Shown here: piece by piece, positions 35,232 through 42,420 of the stretch
Layout: each line of letters begins with the position of its first letter
How positions within the stretch are numbered: position 1 is the first letter of the stretch
Source of the DNA: Candidatus Omnitrophota bacterium
Lineage (GTDB): Bacteria > Omnitrophota > Gorgyraeia > JABMRN01
Assembly (NCBI GenBank): GCA_028702395.1
Contig: JAQVOV010000002.1
Coordinates: forward strand, 27,213 to 69,632
DNA length: 42,420 nt
Reading direction: 5' to 3'
The notes under the pieces: generated by a model
The model's input: the letters and a program-made list of their open reading frames with translations, nothing else
Database searches by the model: none
Told to the model about the DNA's origin: nothing
Translations under genes and position numbers: made by a program

Positions 35232-35399
35232 TTAAAGCTTTTTTTCAATAGGGTTGCCGCATTGATCACAATTTACTTTTAAAAATTGACAAAAGAACTG
35301 GCTCATTAGTATTTTGCTCCCGCAATGAGGACATTCATACCATTCAGGCGTTAACAGAAGATCCTGTTCAAGAAACTCTAGTTCATCTCGTTCATCCAT
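35232..35399 (-). CDS. small zinc-ribbon protein, 55 aa (MDERDELEFLEQDLLLTPEWYECPHCGSKILMSQFFCQFLKVNCDQCGNPIEKKL)
   Basis: Hand-translated. GGAGG lies 7 nt upstream of the ATG, and the protein has CPHC...CDQC cysteine pairs. Confidence 0.4.
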   Translation of the reverse strand: MDERDELEFLEQDLLLTPEWYECPHCGSKILMSQFFCQFLKVNCDQCGNPIEKKL

Positions 35400-35457
35400 A
35401 ATATTCCTCCTTTTTTGTGTTATTGTGTAATGGGTAGTAACACTATTACTCAGTACT

Positions 35458-35723
35458 CATGACTCATGACTCATGACTCATGACCCATTACCCATGACCC
35501 ATTACCCATTACCCATGACTCATGACCCATTACCCATGACCCATTACCCATGACCCATTACCCATGACTCATGACCCATTACCCATGACTCATGACCCAT
35601 TACCCATGACTCATGACCCATTACCCATGACCCATGACCCATGACTCATGACCCATTACCCATGACTCATGACCCATGACCCATTACCCATTACCCATGA
35701 CTCATGACCCATGACCCATTCCC
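35458..35723. repeat. 38-unit perfect-register heptamer tandem array (CATGACT / CATGACC / CATTACC)
   Basis: The 266 nt parse without indels into 38 units of three variants. The last unit, CATTCCC, is degenerate. Confidence 0.95.
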
Positions 35724-35787
35724 CCTCTATTATTATATACGATCAAAAAGCCATTCTGTCCCAAATTATTTTAAAAAAGAAGTGAAA

Positions 35788-35891
35788 TGCGGAGAAAAAG
35801 CCGCCTAATCTCCGCACATTACATAAAATACCTTGTATTTACTTGACAATGCGGAGAAAAGCAGGTATAATCTCCGCATAAAGTGCGGAGA
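35788..35891 (+). promoter_or_regulatory. Fic promoter with two 8-13-8 palindromic operators and a half-site
   Basis: TGCGGAGA-N13-TCTCCGCA occurs at 35788-35816 and 35850-35878. The promoter is TTGACA (35843-35848), 17 nt, TATAAT (35866-35871). A half-site TGCGGAGA at 35884-35891 lies over the SD. Confidence 0.75.
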
Positions 35892-35899
35892 TTAATAAT

Positions 35900-37003
35900 A
35901 TGAAATATATTTATCAAAATGAACAATGGCCATCTTTTTCATGGGACATAAAAAATGTTCTTGAAGCTTTAGTCTCATTAAAATCTGTTCAAGGTACCTT
36001 GTTGGGGAAAATGAATTCTTTAGGATTTGATCTTCAACAAGAAGCTATCGCAAGTACTTTAACTGACGAAGTAATAAGGTCTTCTGCTATTGAAGGGCAC
36101 ATTTTAAATACAGAACAAGTGCGTTCTTCAGTTGTAAGACGTTTAGGATTACCTGTTGAAAAAGAATATCAAACTGACAGGTATATTGAAGGCATTGTTA
36201 CCATTGTTTTTAATGCTGTTGAACACTATGATAAGCCTCTAACAAAAGAACGGCTATTGGGCTGGCAGGCCTCTCTTTTTCCTACTGGATACAGTACCAT
36301 TAATAAAATATTAACAGGGCAGTTTCGTGATGATAAAAAAGGGCCTATGCAAGTTGTTTCAGGACCAATGGGAAAAGAAAAAGTACATTTTCAAGCACCT
36401 GAGGCAAATCAATTAGAAAAAGAAATAGAAAAATTCTTAAATTGGTTAAATCAAACAGATAAAACCGATGGTATTATAAAAGCTGGTATAGCCCATTTAT
36501 GGTTTATTACACTTCATCCTTTTGAAGATGGTAATGGCCGTATAGCAAGAACTCTAACTGATATGATGTTAGCAAAGGCTGAAAAGTCTTCTCAACGTTT
36601 TTATAGCATATCAAAACAAATGCAGGAAAACCGAGATGATTACTATAATATATTGGAAAAAACTCAAAAAGGGTCTTTGGATATTACCTTTTGGCTACTT
36701 TGGTTTATAAAATGTGTTACAGATGCTATTGCTTCTTCGGAAACAACCTTGAACTCTATTTTAAATAAAGCTTTATTCTGGCAAAAGCACTCATCAATAA
36801 CATTTAATGATCGTCAAATAAAGATCTTGAATAAATTACTTGATGATTTTATTGGAAACCTAACATCTTCCAAATGGGCTGCAATTTGCAAGTGTTCACA
36901 GGATACTGCAAACAGAGACATTAACGATCTCTTGGCTAAAAATGTTTTGGTCAAGCATGGTCAAGGCCGAAGCATAAAGTACACCCTTAGCAGTCAAAAT
37001 TAA
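35900..37003 (+). CDS. Fic family protein (AMPylase-type) with autoinhibitory motif and C-terminal wHTH-like region
   Basis: Fic motif HPFEDGNGRIAR, N-terminal inhibitory motif SSAIEG of type (S/T)xxxE(G/N), and a C-terminal helix-rich tail (SQDTANRDINDLLAKNVLV). Confidence 0.9.
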   Translation: MKYIYQNEQWPSFSWDIKNVLEALVSLKSVQGTLLGKMNSLGFDLQQEAIASTLTDEVIRSSAIEGHILNTEQVRSSVVRRLGLPVEKEYQTDRYIEGIVTIVFNAVEHYDKPLTKERLLGWQASLFPTGYSTINKILTGQFRDDKKGPMQVVSGPMGKEKVHFQAPEANQLEKEIEKFLNWLNQTDKTDGIIKAGIAHLWFITLHPFEDGNGRIARTLTDMMLAKAEKSSQRFYSISKQMQENRDDYYNILEKTQKGSLDITFWLLWFIKCVTDAIASSETTLNSILNKALFWQKHSSITFNDRQIKILNKLLDDFIGNLTSSKWAAICKCSQDTANRDINDLLAKNVLVKHGQGRSIKYTLSSQN

Positions 37004-37044
37004 CTTGAAAAGTTATAGTATATATAATTTCCACAATGCAAAAA

Positions 37045-37097
37045 AGAGGGCTGTCCCAAACTACGCTTTAACAGTATCAGTGTACAGCCCTCTTTTT
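37045..37097. terminator. hairpin terminator shared by the convergent Fic and channel transcripts
   Basis: AGAGGGCTGT (37045-37054) pairs with ACAGCCCTCT (37083-37092). An A-run lies upstream and a T-run downstream. The loop is a large 28 nt. Confidence 0.55.
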
Positions 37098-37129
37098 TAT
37101 AGCCCGAGCAGGAAACCTCAATCTTTTTC

Positions 37130-37218
37130 AGTAGGGGCAATTCATGAATTGCCCCTACAAAACCTCATCCAGGACGTTCCACTGGCTGACAGCTGAAGGC
37201 TAACAGCTAAAGGCTAAC
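37130..37218 (-). repeat. one-armed element: simple GC hairpin, AGGACGTTCCAC box, GCTGAAGG-word arm
   Basis: GTAGGGGCAATTCATGAATTGCCCCTAC at 37130-37157, box at 37170-37181, and arm TGGCTGACAGCTGAAGGCTAACAGCTAAAGGCTAACC at 37182-37218. No clear partner arm. Confidence 0.75.
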
Positions 37219-37227
37219 CTTCCTTTT

Positions 37228-37614
37228 CTATTTTAGATCCGCGACAAACCGTCTGACCAAAGATACAACAAAGCAGCTTAAAGTTATAACCCCAAGAAAA
37301 CCTTCAACAACACATAATCCTCTGGAAAAACCAAGCGGCTGAATATCCCCGTATCCAATAGTGGTCAAAGTAATTCCTGAAAAATAGAAAGCTTCCGGCA
37401 AGGTTAAAACCCTTTCTAAAGAATTTATAACGAACATGCTCTTTGACAACCAAAAGATCATAGAAAAAATAAACCACAAAAAGATGCTCAAGATCAGAAA
37501 TCTGGACGGTTTAATAAAACCTCCACAAAGCCACATCATTGCTTTAAACAACCTGTTTTTTTGATGAGCTTTACTTTCAAAAAACACAATATCACTTAAA
37601 GCCTCTCTATCCAT
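37228..37614 (-). CDS. two-TM potassium-channel pore module
   Basis: 128 aa with two TM helices flanking the selectivity filter TLTTIGYGD. Confidence 0.75.
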   Translation of the reverse strand: MDREALSDIVFFESKAHQKNRLFKAMMWLCGGFIKPSRFLILSIFLWFIFSMIFWLSKSMFVINSLERVLTLPEAFYFSGITLTTIGYGDIQPLGFSRGLCVVEGFLGVITLSCFVVSLVRRFVADLK

Positions 37615-37632
37615 TCCAACATTAGTATGTTC

Positions 37633-38343
37633 TCATATAAAAGTTAATGTGTCCTTTATCCTTTCATTCTCGATATGTTTGATATGCTGTGTACTATTCC
37701 TGGAAAAAGCCTCAGTTAAAACAAACAAATTTCTATTCAAACCTTTTCCTTTCTGTGATCTTCCTAACCTGTTCAAGGATTTTTTTATATTTATTTGAGA
37801 ATGATCGAATTTTACTTCTTTAAACCCTCCTGCCTCAACATTTAAAGAATTTATGTTGTTCCAATAGAGAACAAAAGAATCAGCATTCATATATTCCAAT
37901 CTAAGATCCAAAACACTACTTTCCATCATATATACATTCTTGACATCTACTATATGAAATGTCAAACAAGAAAAATTAGAGCGTTTTATTGACACATCAA
38001 TCAATTTATTGCTATTGACGATCTTACAACCTTTTAAAAATATACAACTATCTATATCTATCTCTGTTAACTTTTCTTCCTCGTCATAGATCATGACATC
38101 ACCGATAAAAACGCAATTGTGAAATTTTACAATAGAAGCATGCGTTATCCTTATACTTTGAAGATCAATGATCTTAGTGTCAAGTTCTAAGGTTTTATCA
38201 TTAATACGATCTTCCTCGTTGATTATAAGCTCTTTTTTATTTATTCGAGAGAAACCATTCTTTTCCAGTTCATCCAGTACTTTCTCTACATCTTTTTCCT
38301 TGAACAATTTATTTTCTTTATAGATCCTAAAAATGTCCTTCAT
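37633..38343 (-). CDS. hypothetical protein with degenerate pentapeptide/beta-helix-like repeats
   Basis: 236 aa with a repetitive hydrophobic pattern (F.NC.F.G.V, ID.C.F.KGC.I, SNFSCLTF). It is in the same reading frame as the channel ORF, separated from it by a single TGA. Confidence 0.5.
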   Translation of the reverse strand: MKDIFRIYKENKLFKEKDVEKVLDELEKNGFSRINKKELIINEEDRINDKTLELDTKIIDLQSIRITHASIVKFHNCVFIGDVMIYDEEEKLTEIDIDSCIFLKGCKIVNSNKLIDVSIKRSNFSCLTFHIVDVKNVYMMESSVLDLRLEYMNADSFVLYWNNINSLNVEAGGFKEVKFDHSQINIKKSLNRLGRSQKGKGLNRNLFVLTEAFSRNSTQHIKHIENERIKDTLTFI

Positions 38344-38382
38344 ATTACTATCCTTTCATAGGTGCCCCTAAAGCTTTCTTTG

Positions 38383-38415
38383 AAAAAACAGTATGTTCCA
38401 AAACAGAACATACTG
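38383..38415 (-). terminator. rho-independent terminator after the higBA-like pair
   Basis: Minus strand reads CAGTATGTTC-TGTTTTG-GAACATACTG followed by TTTTTT. Confidence 0.75.
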
Positions 38416-38463
38416 CCTGCAAAACTACCTTCTCTATTTTAGATCAAATATGTACTTTCTAAT

Positions 38464-38787
38464 TTATTTTTTCTTTGGTGATAGATCTATACTAAGTTTA
38501 GCATCTAAAGCTAAAGCGATCTTACTTAATGTAGATACAGAAATCTCAGTATTACTAGCATCCTCTAGTCTAGAAATAGTCTGTTGAGTTGTATTGACCT
38601 TCTTGGCTAATTGAGCTTGAGTCAAATTTCTACGTTTTCGAAGTTTCACGATTTTCATGGCAAGTTCTAAGCGTTCGATTTGCTCTATATATGCTTTCCG
38701 AAACTCTTTACTTTTCTTAAACTCACTATCTATATGAGAGCTTATAGTTTCTGGTATATTCACCTTTATTTTTTTTGGCTTTTTCAT
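38464..38787 (-). CDS. XRE-family HTH antitoxin (HigA-like)
   Basis: 107 aa with the HTH LTQAQLAKKVNTTQQTISRLE, directly downstream of the toxin gene. Confidence 0.8.
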   Translation of the reverse strand: MKKPKKIKVNIPETISSHIDSEFKKSKEFRKAYIEQIERLELAMKIVKLRKRRNLTQAQLAKKVNTTQQTISRLEDASNTEISVSTLSKIALALDAKLSIDLSPKKK

Positions 38788-38798
38788 TTCTTTCCCCT

Positions 38799-39167
38799 TT
38801 ATTTTAATTTTATTTTTCCTTCATTATATTGAATTTGAAAATCTATCATTCTCTTTTTTGCTTTCAATTTATCATTTTCAGATATCTTTGATGTTTTCTT
38901 TAAAATACCATGTAATAACACAATATAATCTTTAAACATATATCCATAAAAAACTCGAACATTGTTAGATGAAAACTGAACTCTGAGCTCATATAGATCA
39001 TCTCCTAAATACTCAACTATTGGTCGTTTCAATTCCTTCCAATTGTCACATAAAAAATTAGTACTTGCTAATACTTTAGCCCTTGTATGCACATCTAGTT
39101 TATTTATAAATTCTTTAACAGGCTTTTTCCCACGTTTATCCTGATAATAAATTGCTGTCTTTGCCAC
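38799..39167 (-). CDS. RelE/ParE-superfamily toxin, Gp49/HigB-like
   Basis: 122 aa with a GTG start 4 nt after GGAGG. The pattern KPVKEFINKL...LYELRV...RVFY is typical of Gp49-like toxins. Toxin-first order is as in HigBA. Confidence 0.75.
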   Translation of the reverse strand: MAKTAIYYQDKRGKKPVKEFINKLDVHTRAKVLASTNFLCDNWKELKRPIVEYLGDDLYELRVQFSSNNVRVFYGYMFKDYIVLLHGILKKTSKISENDKLKAKKRMIDFQIQYNEGKIKLK

Positions 39168-39176
39168 ATCCCCTCC

Positions 39177-39228
39177 AATACATTATTATTGATGTATTAA
39201 ATATACACTATTATTGGTGTATAATCAA
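39177..39228 (-). promoter_or_regulatory. higBA-like promoter with two 7-8-7 palindromic operators
   Basis: AATACAT-TATTATTG-ATGTATT at 39177-39198 and TATACAC-TATTATTG-GTGTATA at 39202-39223. The minus-strand promoter is TTGATT (39223-39228), 17 nt, TATATT (39200-39205). Confidence 0.7.
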
Positions 39229-39366
39229 GCGAATTTTAAAAATTTTTCCATATAACATTTTATCTTTCAAAGTCGTTAGAATTATTCTGCCTACACCTAT
39301 TTGCAACCCATTTATGTTCAGTATGTTGTAAACATATAGCTTTAAAGCAAAACTTCTGAATTCAGA

Positions 39367-39413
39367 TCTGCCTGCTTGTTAAAGCAGGCAGGGTCATCCC
39401 CGCCTTAAGGCGG
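39367..39413. repeat. two adjacent GC-rich hairpins (CTGCCTGCT/AGCAGGCAG and CCCGCC/GGCGGG)
   Basis: Seen directly in the sequence. The first is related to the CCCTGCCTGC...GCAGGCAGGG palindrome at 23153-23174. No U-tract follows. Confidence 0.7.
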
Positions 39414-39495
39414 GCCCATGCCATAATTACGTTTTTTGGTCTTTAGCAAAAAAAAATTACCTAATTACTGAGCTAGTACATCTGACCCTAAGTTT

Positions 39496-40692
39496 TTACT
39501 TTTTTGCTATTTCAATTAAATAATTCAAAGTTCCTTCAGCTTTAACTTGTAATGCTTGCAATTGCTTCTTATCAAACGAATGTCGCACCTTGTGTGTCCC
39601 ACCTTGGAAAAGATCAATGAACGCTAAACTAGAGGTTACATCTGTAGAAACAAAGTGTTCAAGTTTACCTGTCTTTATATTACGACATATATATTCTATT
39701 CTTGCTTTTCGTGTCGGTTTGTTATTCTGGTAATATTGTGGCTCTGAACTCCACTTTTCCACTTTTTTTGTTGGTGCTAAAGAATGTAATAAATGTGTGA
39801 AAAGCTCTCTTATCGAAACGCAAAAATGTCTAACTCTATCTGGATTATTTGAAGCTAAAGCATTACAAGCCCCTCTCCACATATTAATAAAATCTGAATC
39901 TATCATTTGAAGGTTTTTTTCAAGCTTATTTGTAATATATTCTTCAACAACTTTCTTTTTTTCTTTTTTAAAACTATCATCCAAATCAGTTCTGGTAGAT
40001 ATGTTTTTATATAAATCAACTTCATTAAAATATTCTATTGAGGTTAACTCCGTTAGTGGCATTCCTAACTCAACCATTGTATTAGGGGAAGTTCTCCAAG
40101 TATTACACATATCATTAAAATTGTGTGTCATACTTTCTATACCTGTAAATAAGCTATGTTTGTCTTCATGTTCAAAAGGAAGAAACGTGCCTACGTTACT
40201 GGGATAAATCAAACTAAGATCTTGTTCTGCAAATATACTGTTTTCTGAAATTTTAGTTAAACTTGACTGATAAGACAATTCGGATAACTTTAATGTTACA
40301 TCTTCTCCTAAATTGAGATTTTCAAAACCTGTCAATGAAGCATTCTTATAGGGATCATATATAAAAGGATTGTTTTCGTGATTATACTCAAGAGCTACAG
40401 AACTTATTATATCTTGTGTCATAAGCCCTGCCATATTAAGATTAATATCTCTTCCCATTCTAAGCAACTCAGTACTTTCTTTATACAAATTTAGTTCTGG
40501 AAGAGAGGCTACCATTTTGGTAGTATCTTGAATTCCCCAAGATACTAAATTGTCCACTTTCAAATATAAATTATTATCTTTAAAAAACTCCGAATTGTTT
40601 TCTAAACCAGTGAAAAACGGTTCTGTTCTTATCTTGTAACATTCCATACAATTAATTGCGTTTGAATACCCCTCATATATTTCTTTATCCAT
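39496..40692 (-). CDS. hypothetical protein with C-terminal R-x4-H (HEPN-like) motif
   Basis: The start is set at MDKEIYEGY, preceded by AAAGGAGGGAAG. The ORF-track start 40755 would run through a terminator-like hairpin. The motif RELFTH lies in a helical C-terminal region. The N-terminal ~280 aa are unrecognised. Confidence 0.6.
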   Translation of the reverse strand: MDKEIYEGYSNAINCMECYKIRTEPFFTGLENNSEFFKDNNLYLKVDNLVSWGIQDTTKMVASLPELNLYKESTELLRMGRDINLNMAGLMTQDIISSVALEYNHENNPFIYDPYKNASLTGFENLNLGEDVTLKLSELSYQSSLTKISENSIFAEQDLSLIYPSNVGTFLPFEHEDKHSLFTGIESMTHNFNDMCNTWRTSPNTMVELGMPLTELTSIEYFNEVDLYKNISTRTDLDDSFKKEKKKVVEEYITNKLEKNLQMIDSDFINMWRGACNALASNNPDRVRHFCVSIRELFTHLLHSLAPTKKVEKWSSEPQYYQNNKPTRKARIEYICRNIKTGKLEHFVSTDVTSSLAFIDLFQGGTHKVRHSFDKKQLQALQVKAEGTLNYLIEIAKK

Positions 40693-40707
40693 CTTCCCTC
40701 CTTTATC

Positions 40708-40732
40708 AAAAAAGGGACGCTGAAGGCGCCCC
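40708..40732 (-). terminator. terminator-like hairpin between the TPR gene and the HEPN-like gene
   Basis: Minus strand reads GGGGCG-CCTTCAG-CGTCCC followed by TTTTTT, immediately upstream of the SD. Confidence 0.5.
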
Positions 40733-40757
40733 TTTCCCCGTAATTCTTCCCCCAAAT

Positions 40758-41336
40758 TTATTTCTTTAACCCTTTTAATCTTTCTAAATCTACCTTTTGC
40801 TCCTTAATAATCCTTTGCGGGAAATTATCATACTTGTTTTCCATCACCCAAATAGCTTTTTCCTTGTTTTCTATAGCTCTTTTTATATTTCCCTGTTTTT
40901 CAGCAACAGCTGACATTCCCAAATAACCAGCAGGTGCATCACCAGCTTTATTAATCAATATTTCATTAATACCTTTGGCACTATCCAAATCCCCCATTAA
41001 CACATAGACTTTTTCTAAATCATTTAATCTTTGAAAGTTCATTGCTTTATCACGATCTCTCTTCATTTGAGAAAACAGCAAATCTTCTGCCTCTTTGTAC
41101 ATTTTATACTCAATACAAGCGTTATAAGCAGCTACTTCATATTCAGTTTTTTTCGGGTTAAGACGAAGTGCTTCTTTAAGAAAAACTACTCCTTTTTGAG
41201 GATCACCATTTGAGAGGTAAAAATAACCCTTATCTGCATATTCTCTAGATTTATATACTTGAGAAAATAAAACTCCAGCAACAATTAAAAAGAAAGAAAC
41301 AAAAACTAAAACCAATATTACTATTTTTTTTATCAT
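40758..41336 (-). CDS. membrane-anchored TPR-repeat protein
   Basis: 192 aa with an N-terminal TM helix and at least three TPR-like helix pairs (GDPQKGVVFLKEALRLNP, GDLDSAKGINEILI, GNIKRAIENKEKAI). Confidence 0.7.
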   Translation of the reverse strand: MIKKIVILVLVFVSFFLIVAGVLFSQVYKSREYADKGYFYLSNGDPQKGVVFLKEALRLNPKKTEYEVAAYNACIEYKMYKEAEDLLFSQMKRDRDKAMNFQRLNDLEKVYVLMGDLDSAKGINEILINKAGDAPAGYLGMSAVAEKQGNIKRAIENKEKAIWVMENKYDNFPQRIIKEQKVDLERLKGLKK

Positions 41337-42319
41337 ATTCCTATCCCTGCCTTTCTTAATAAATCTTTTGCCCTTTCCTCATCTTCTACTCTATGCAATT
41401 GCACACCAACCCCATCATCAACTTTGACGCAAACACTCCATCTATACAAATCATCTTCTCCTTGCAATAACTTCCCAAGTCTTTCTGTAGTTATATAATA
41501 TGTTCCTTCTCCATTAATTAAAGGTTGAACAGAATCTAGCCCTGCTTCTAACACACTCCAATAAGCAGAAATTTTGTCGTTTGCATCAGCCTGCTCTATA
41601 TCAAATCTATTACCTAAATCATCTAAAATCTCTTGATTCGGCAAAGAACCAGAACTCCCGCCTCCTAATTTTTTAAAAAACCTAACTCCCATTGAAGCAA
41701 TTTTATCTTGATAACTTACAACAACTAATTCCTGATCTGGTCTCCACACATTAGAACCAGAACCATAAATCTCTCCCATATCACTAGGATCATTGTATAA
41801 CTTTTCCTCATTAGAAGATCTCCCCCCATCATAAAAACTAATATTTTCTAATTGAAGTCTTCTCTCTATTTTTTCAAAAACTTCTGGTTCAGATTGATGA
41901 AATAAATTTATTTTAGTCTTATCTATTGCCCTATCTATTTTAAAAAACAAATTATTCCAACCATCAGAAACAACTTCCCATAATGAAGGATTAGTCTGTG
42001 ATAAAATCTCTGATATTTCTACTATTTTATCATTTTTATAATTTATAACATCATCTGCAAAAGCATCTGGAAACCAAAAACTATTTCCTCCAGAACTAGA
42101 AGAAACTGCAAGAGCATCTAATCCAAGTTCTAATTGCATTTCTGTTAAATTATACTTTGCCATCAAAAAGTCATCTTGCTGAGAACTTAAATCATTAACT
42201 TTAAAAGAAGTAAGTTCAGGAAAACTAATAGCACCTTCAGAAAATTTAACAGTTGCATCTAAATCATAAGAATACAAAAAACCATTGTAAACATACGAAA
42301 CAGGGTCAGGTCTCCACAT
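41333..42319 (-). CDS. hypothetical protein, 328 aa, no recognisable motif
   Basis: Long ORF whose stop overlaps the TPR gene start (ATGA) and whose start overlaps an upstream partial ORF. Confidence 0.65.
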   Translation of the reverse strand: MWRPDPVSYVYNGFLYSYDLDATVKFSEGAISFPELTSFKVNDLSSQQDDFLMAKYNLTEMQLELGLDALAVSSSSGGNSFWFPDAFADDVINYKNDKIVEISEILSQTNPSLWEVVSDGWNNLFFKIDRAIDKTKINLFHQSEPEVFEKIERRLQLENISFYDGGRSSNEEKLYNDPSDMGEIYGSGSNVWRPDQELVVVSYQDKIASMGVRFFKKLGGGSSGSLPNQEILDDLGNRFDIEQADANDKISAYWSVLEAGLDSVQPLINGEGTYYITTERLGKLLQGEDDLYRWSVCVKVDDGVGVQLHRVEDEERAKDLLRKAGIGI

Positions 42320-42419
42320 TCCACACTTTTTCTATTCTACTAATTATTTTATCCAGTTTCTTATCTTTTTTTCTTTTCTTTTCTACACGTTTACATAATA
42401 TACTAATTCCTGTATCACC
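42306..42419 (-). CDS. 3' end of an upstream ORF entering from beyond the window (…KRVEKKRKKDKKLDKIISRIEKVWNVET)
   Basis: Hand-translated open frame from the window edge to the TGA at 42306-42308. It overlaps the next start by 14 nt. Confidence 0.35.
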   Translation of the reverse strand, partial: GDTGISILCKRVEKKRKKDKKLDKIISRIEKVWNVET

Positions 42420-42420
42420 T

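Noticed and set aside
35087-35269. 60-aa minus-strand ORF from the track.
   Set aside because: It has no SD and a hydrophobic low-complexity sequence. It overlaps, in another frame, the better-supported zinc-ribbon ORF (35232-35399), which has a GGAGG SD.
35458-35723. Possible CRISPR array.
   Set aside because: The units are 7 nt and directly abutting with no spacers, and no cas genes are nearby. It is a heptamer tandem repeat.
37633-37635. In-frame TGA as evidence for an alternative genetic code (TGA=Gly/Trp).
   Set aside because: Conserved genes in the window are full length under the standard code. TGA also acts as a stop at typical ATGA overlaps (33371-33374, 41333-41336), so genome-wide recoding is unlikely. 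The local event is reported as a finding instead.
1-42420. Search for tRNA, rRNA, transposase, integrase or phage structural genes that could explain the repeats or the right-hand island.
   Set aside because: I could not recognise any by eye. No T-loop-like GGTTCGAATCC-type sequence appears in the intergenic regions, and no ORF has DDE, tyrosine-recombinase or serine-recombinase motifs. This absence claim is limited to this window and to visual inspection.

Overview
AT-rich bacterial chromosomal window. Every gene called except Fic is on the minus strand. No rRNA, tRNA, CRISPR array, transposase or integrase was recognised.

Gene content, left to right:
- 0-6.6 kb, housekeeping: fhs, a compact mfd, argS, rsfS and a small basic protein.
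- 7.1-24.9 kb, a complete dcw cluster: mraZ-rsmH-ftsL-ftsI-murE-murF-mraY-murD-ftsW-murG-murC-murB-ddl-ftsQ-ftsA. It ends without ftsZ.
- 25-35 kb, small modules: XRE regulator, TIGR04073-like secreted protein, corA, FCY1-type cytosine deaminase, treT, TauE, radical SAM, Rrf2-YezD-TauE-DUF2490, ldhA.
- 35.2-42.4 kb, accessory-looking stretch: a 38-unit heptamer array, an autoinhibited Fic protein, a beta-helix-like ORF and K+ channel ORF split by one in-frame TGA, a HigBA-like toxin-antitoxin pair, and an operon of uncharacterised genes (TPR protein plus a protein with an R-x4-H HEPN-like motif) that runs off the window edge.

The most unusual signal is non-coding. Composite stem-loop elements fill 9 of 14 dcw intercistronic gaps and several other gaps.
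- Their arms are locus-specific tandem 6-7 nt words that pair with their own partner arm.
- The arms enclose conserved boxes (GTGGAACGTCCT, TTCCACAATG, TATCTTTAAATCAATT) and GC-rich hairpins (GTAGGGGC...GCCCCTAC).
- The elements nest inside each other, supply stop codons, Shine-Dalgarno sequences and even C-terminal residues to flanking genes, and in one place bracket a whole gene (treT).

The lineage is not determinable from the sequence alone. The gene content is loosely compatible with a PVC/Omnitrophota-like uncultured organism, which is a guess.
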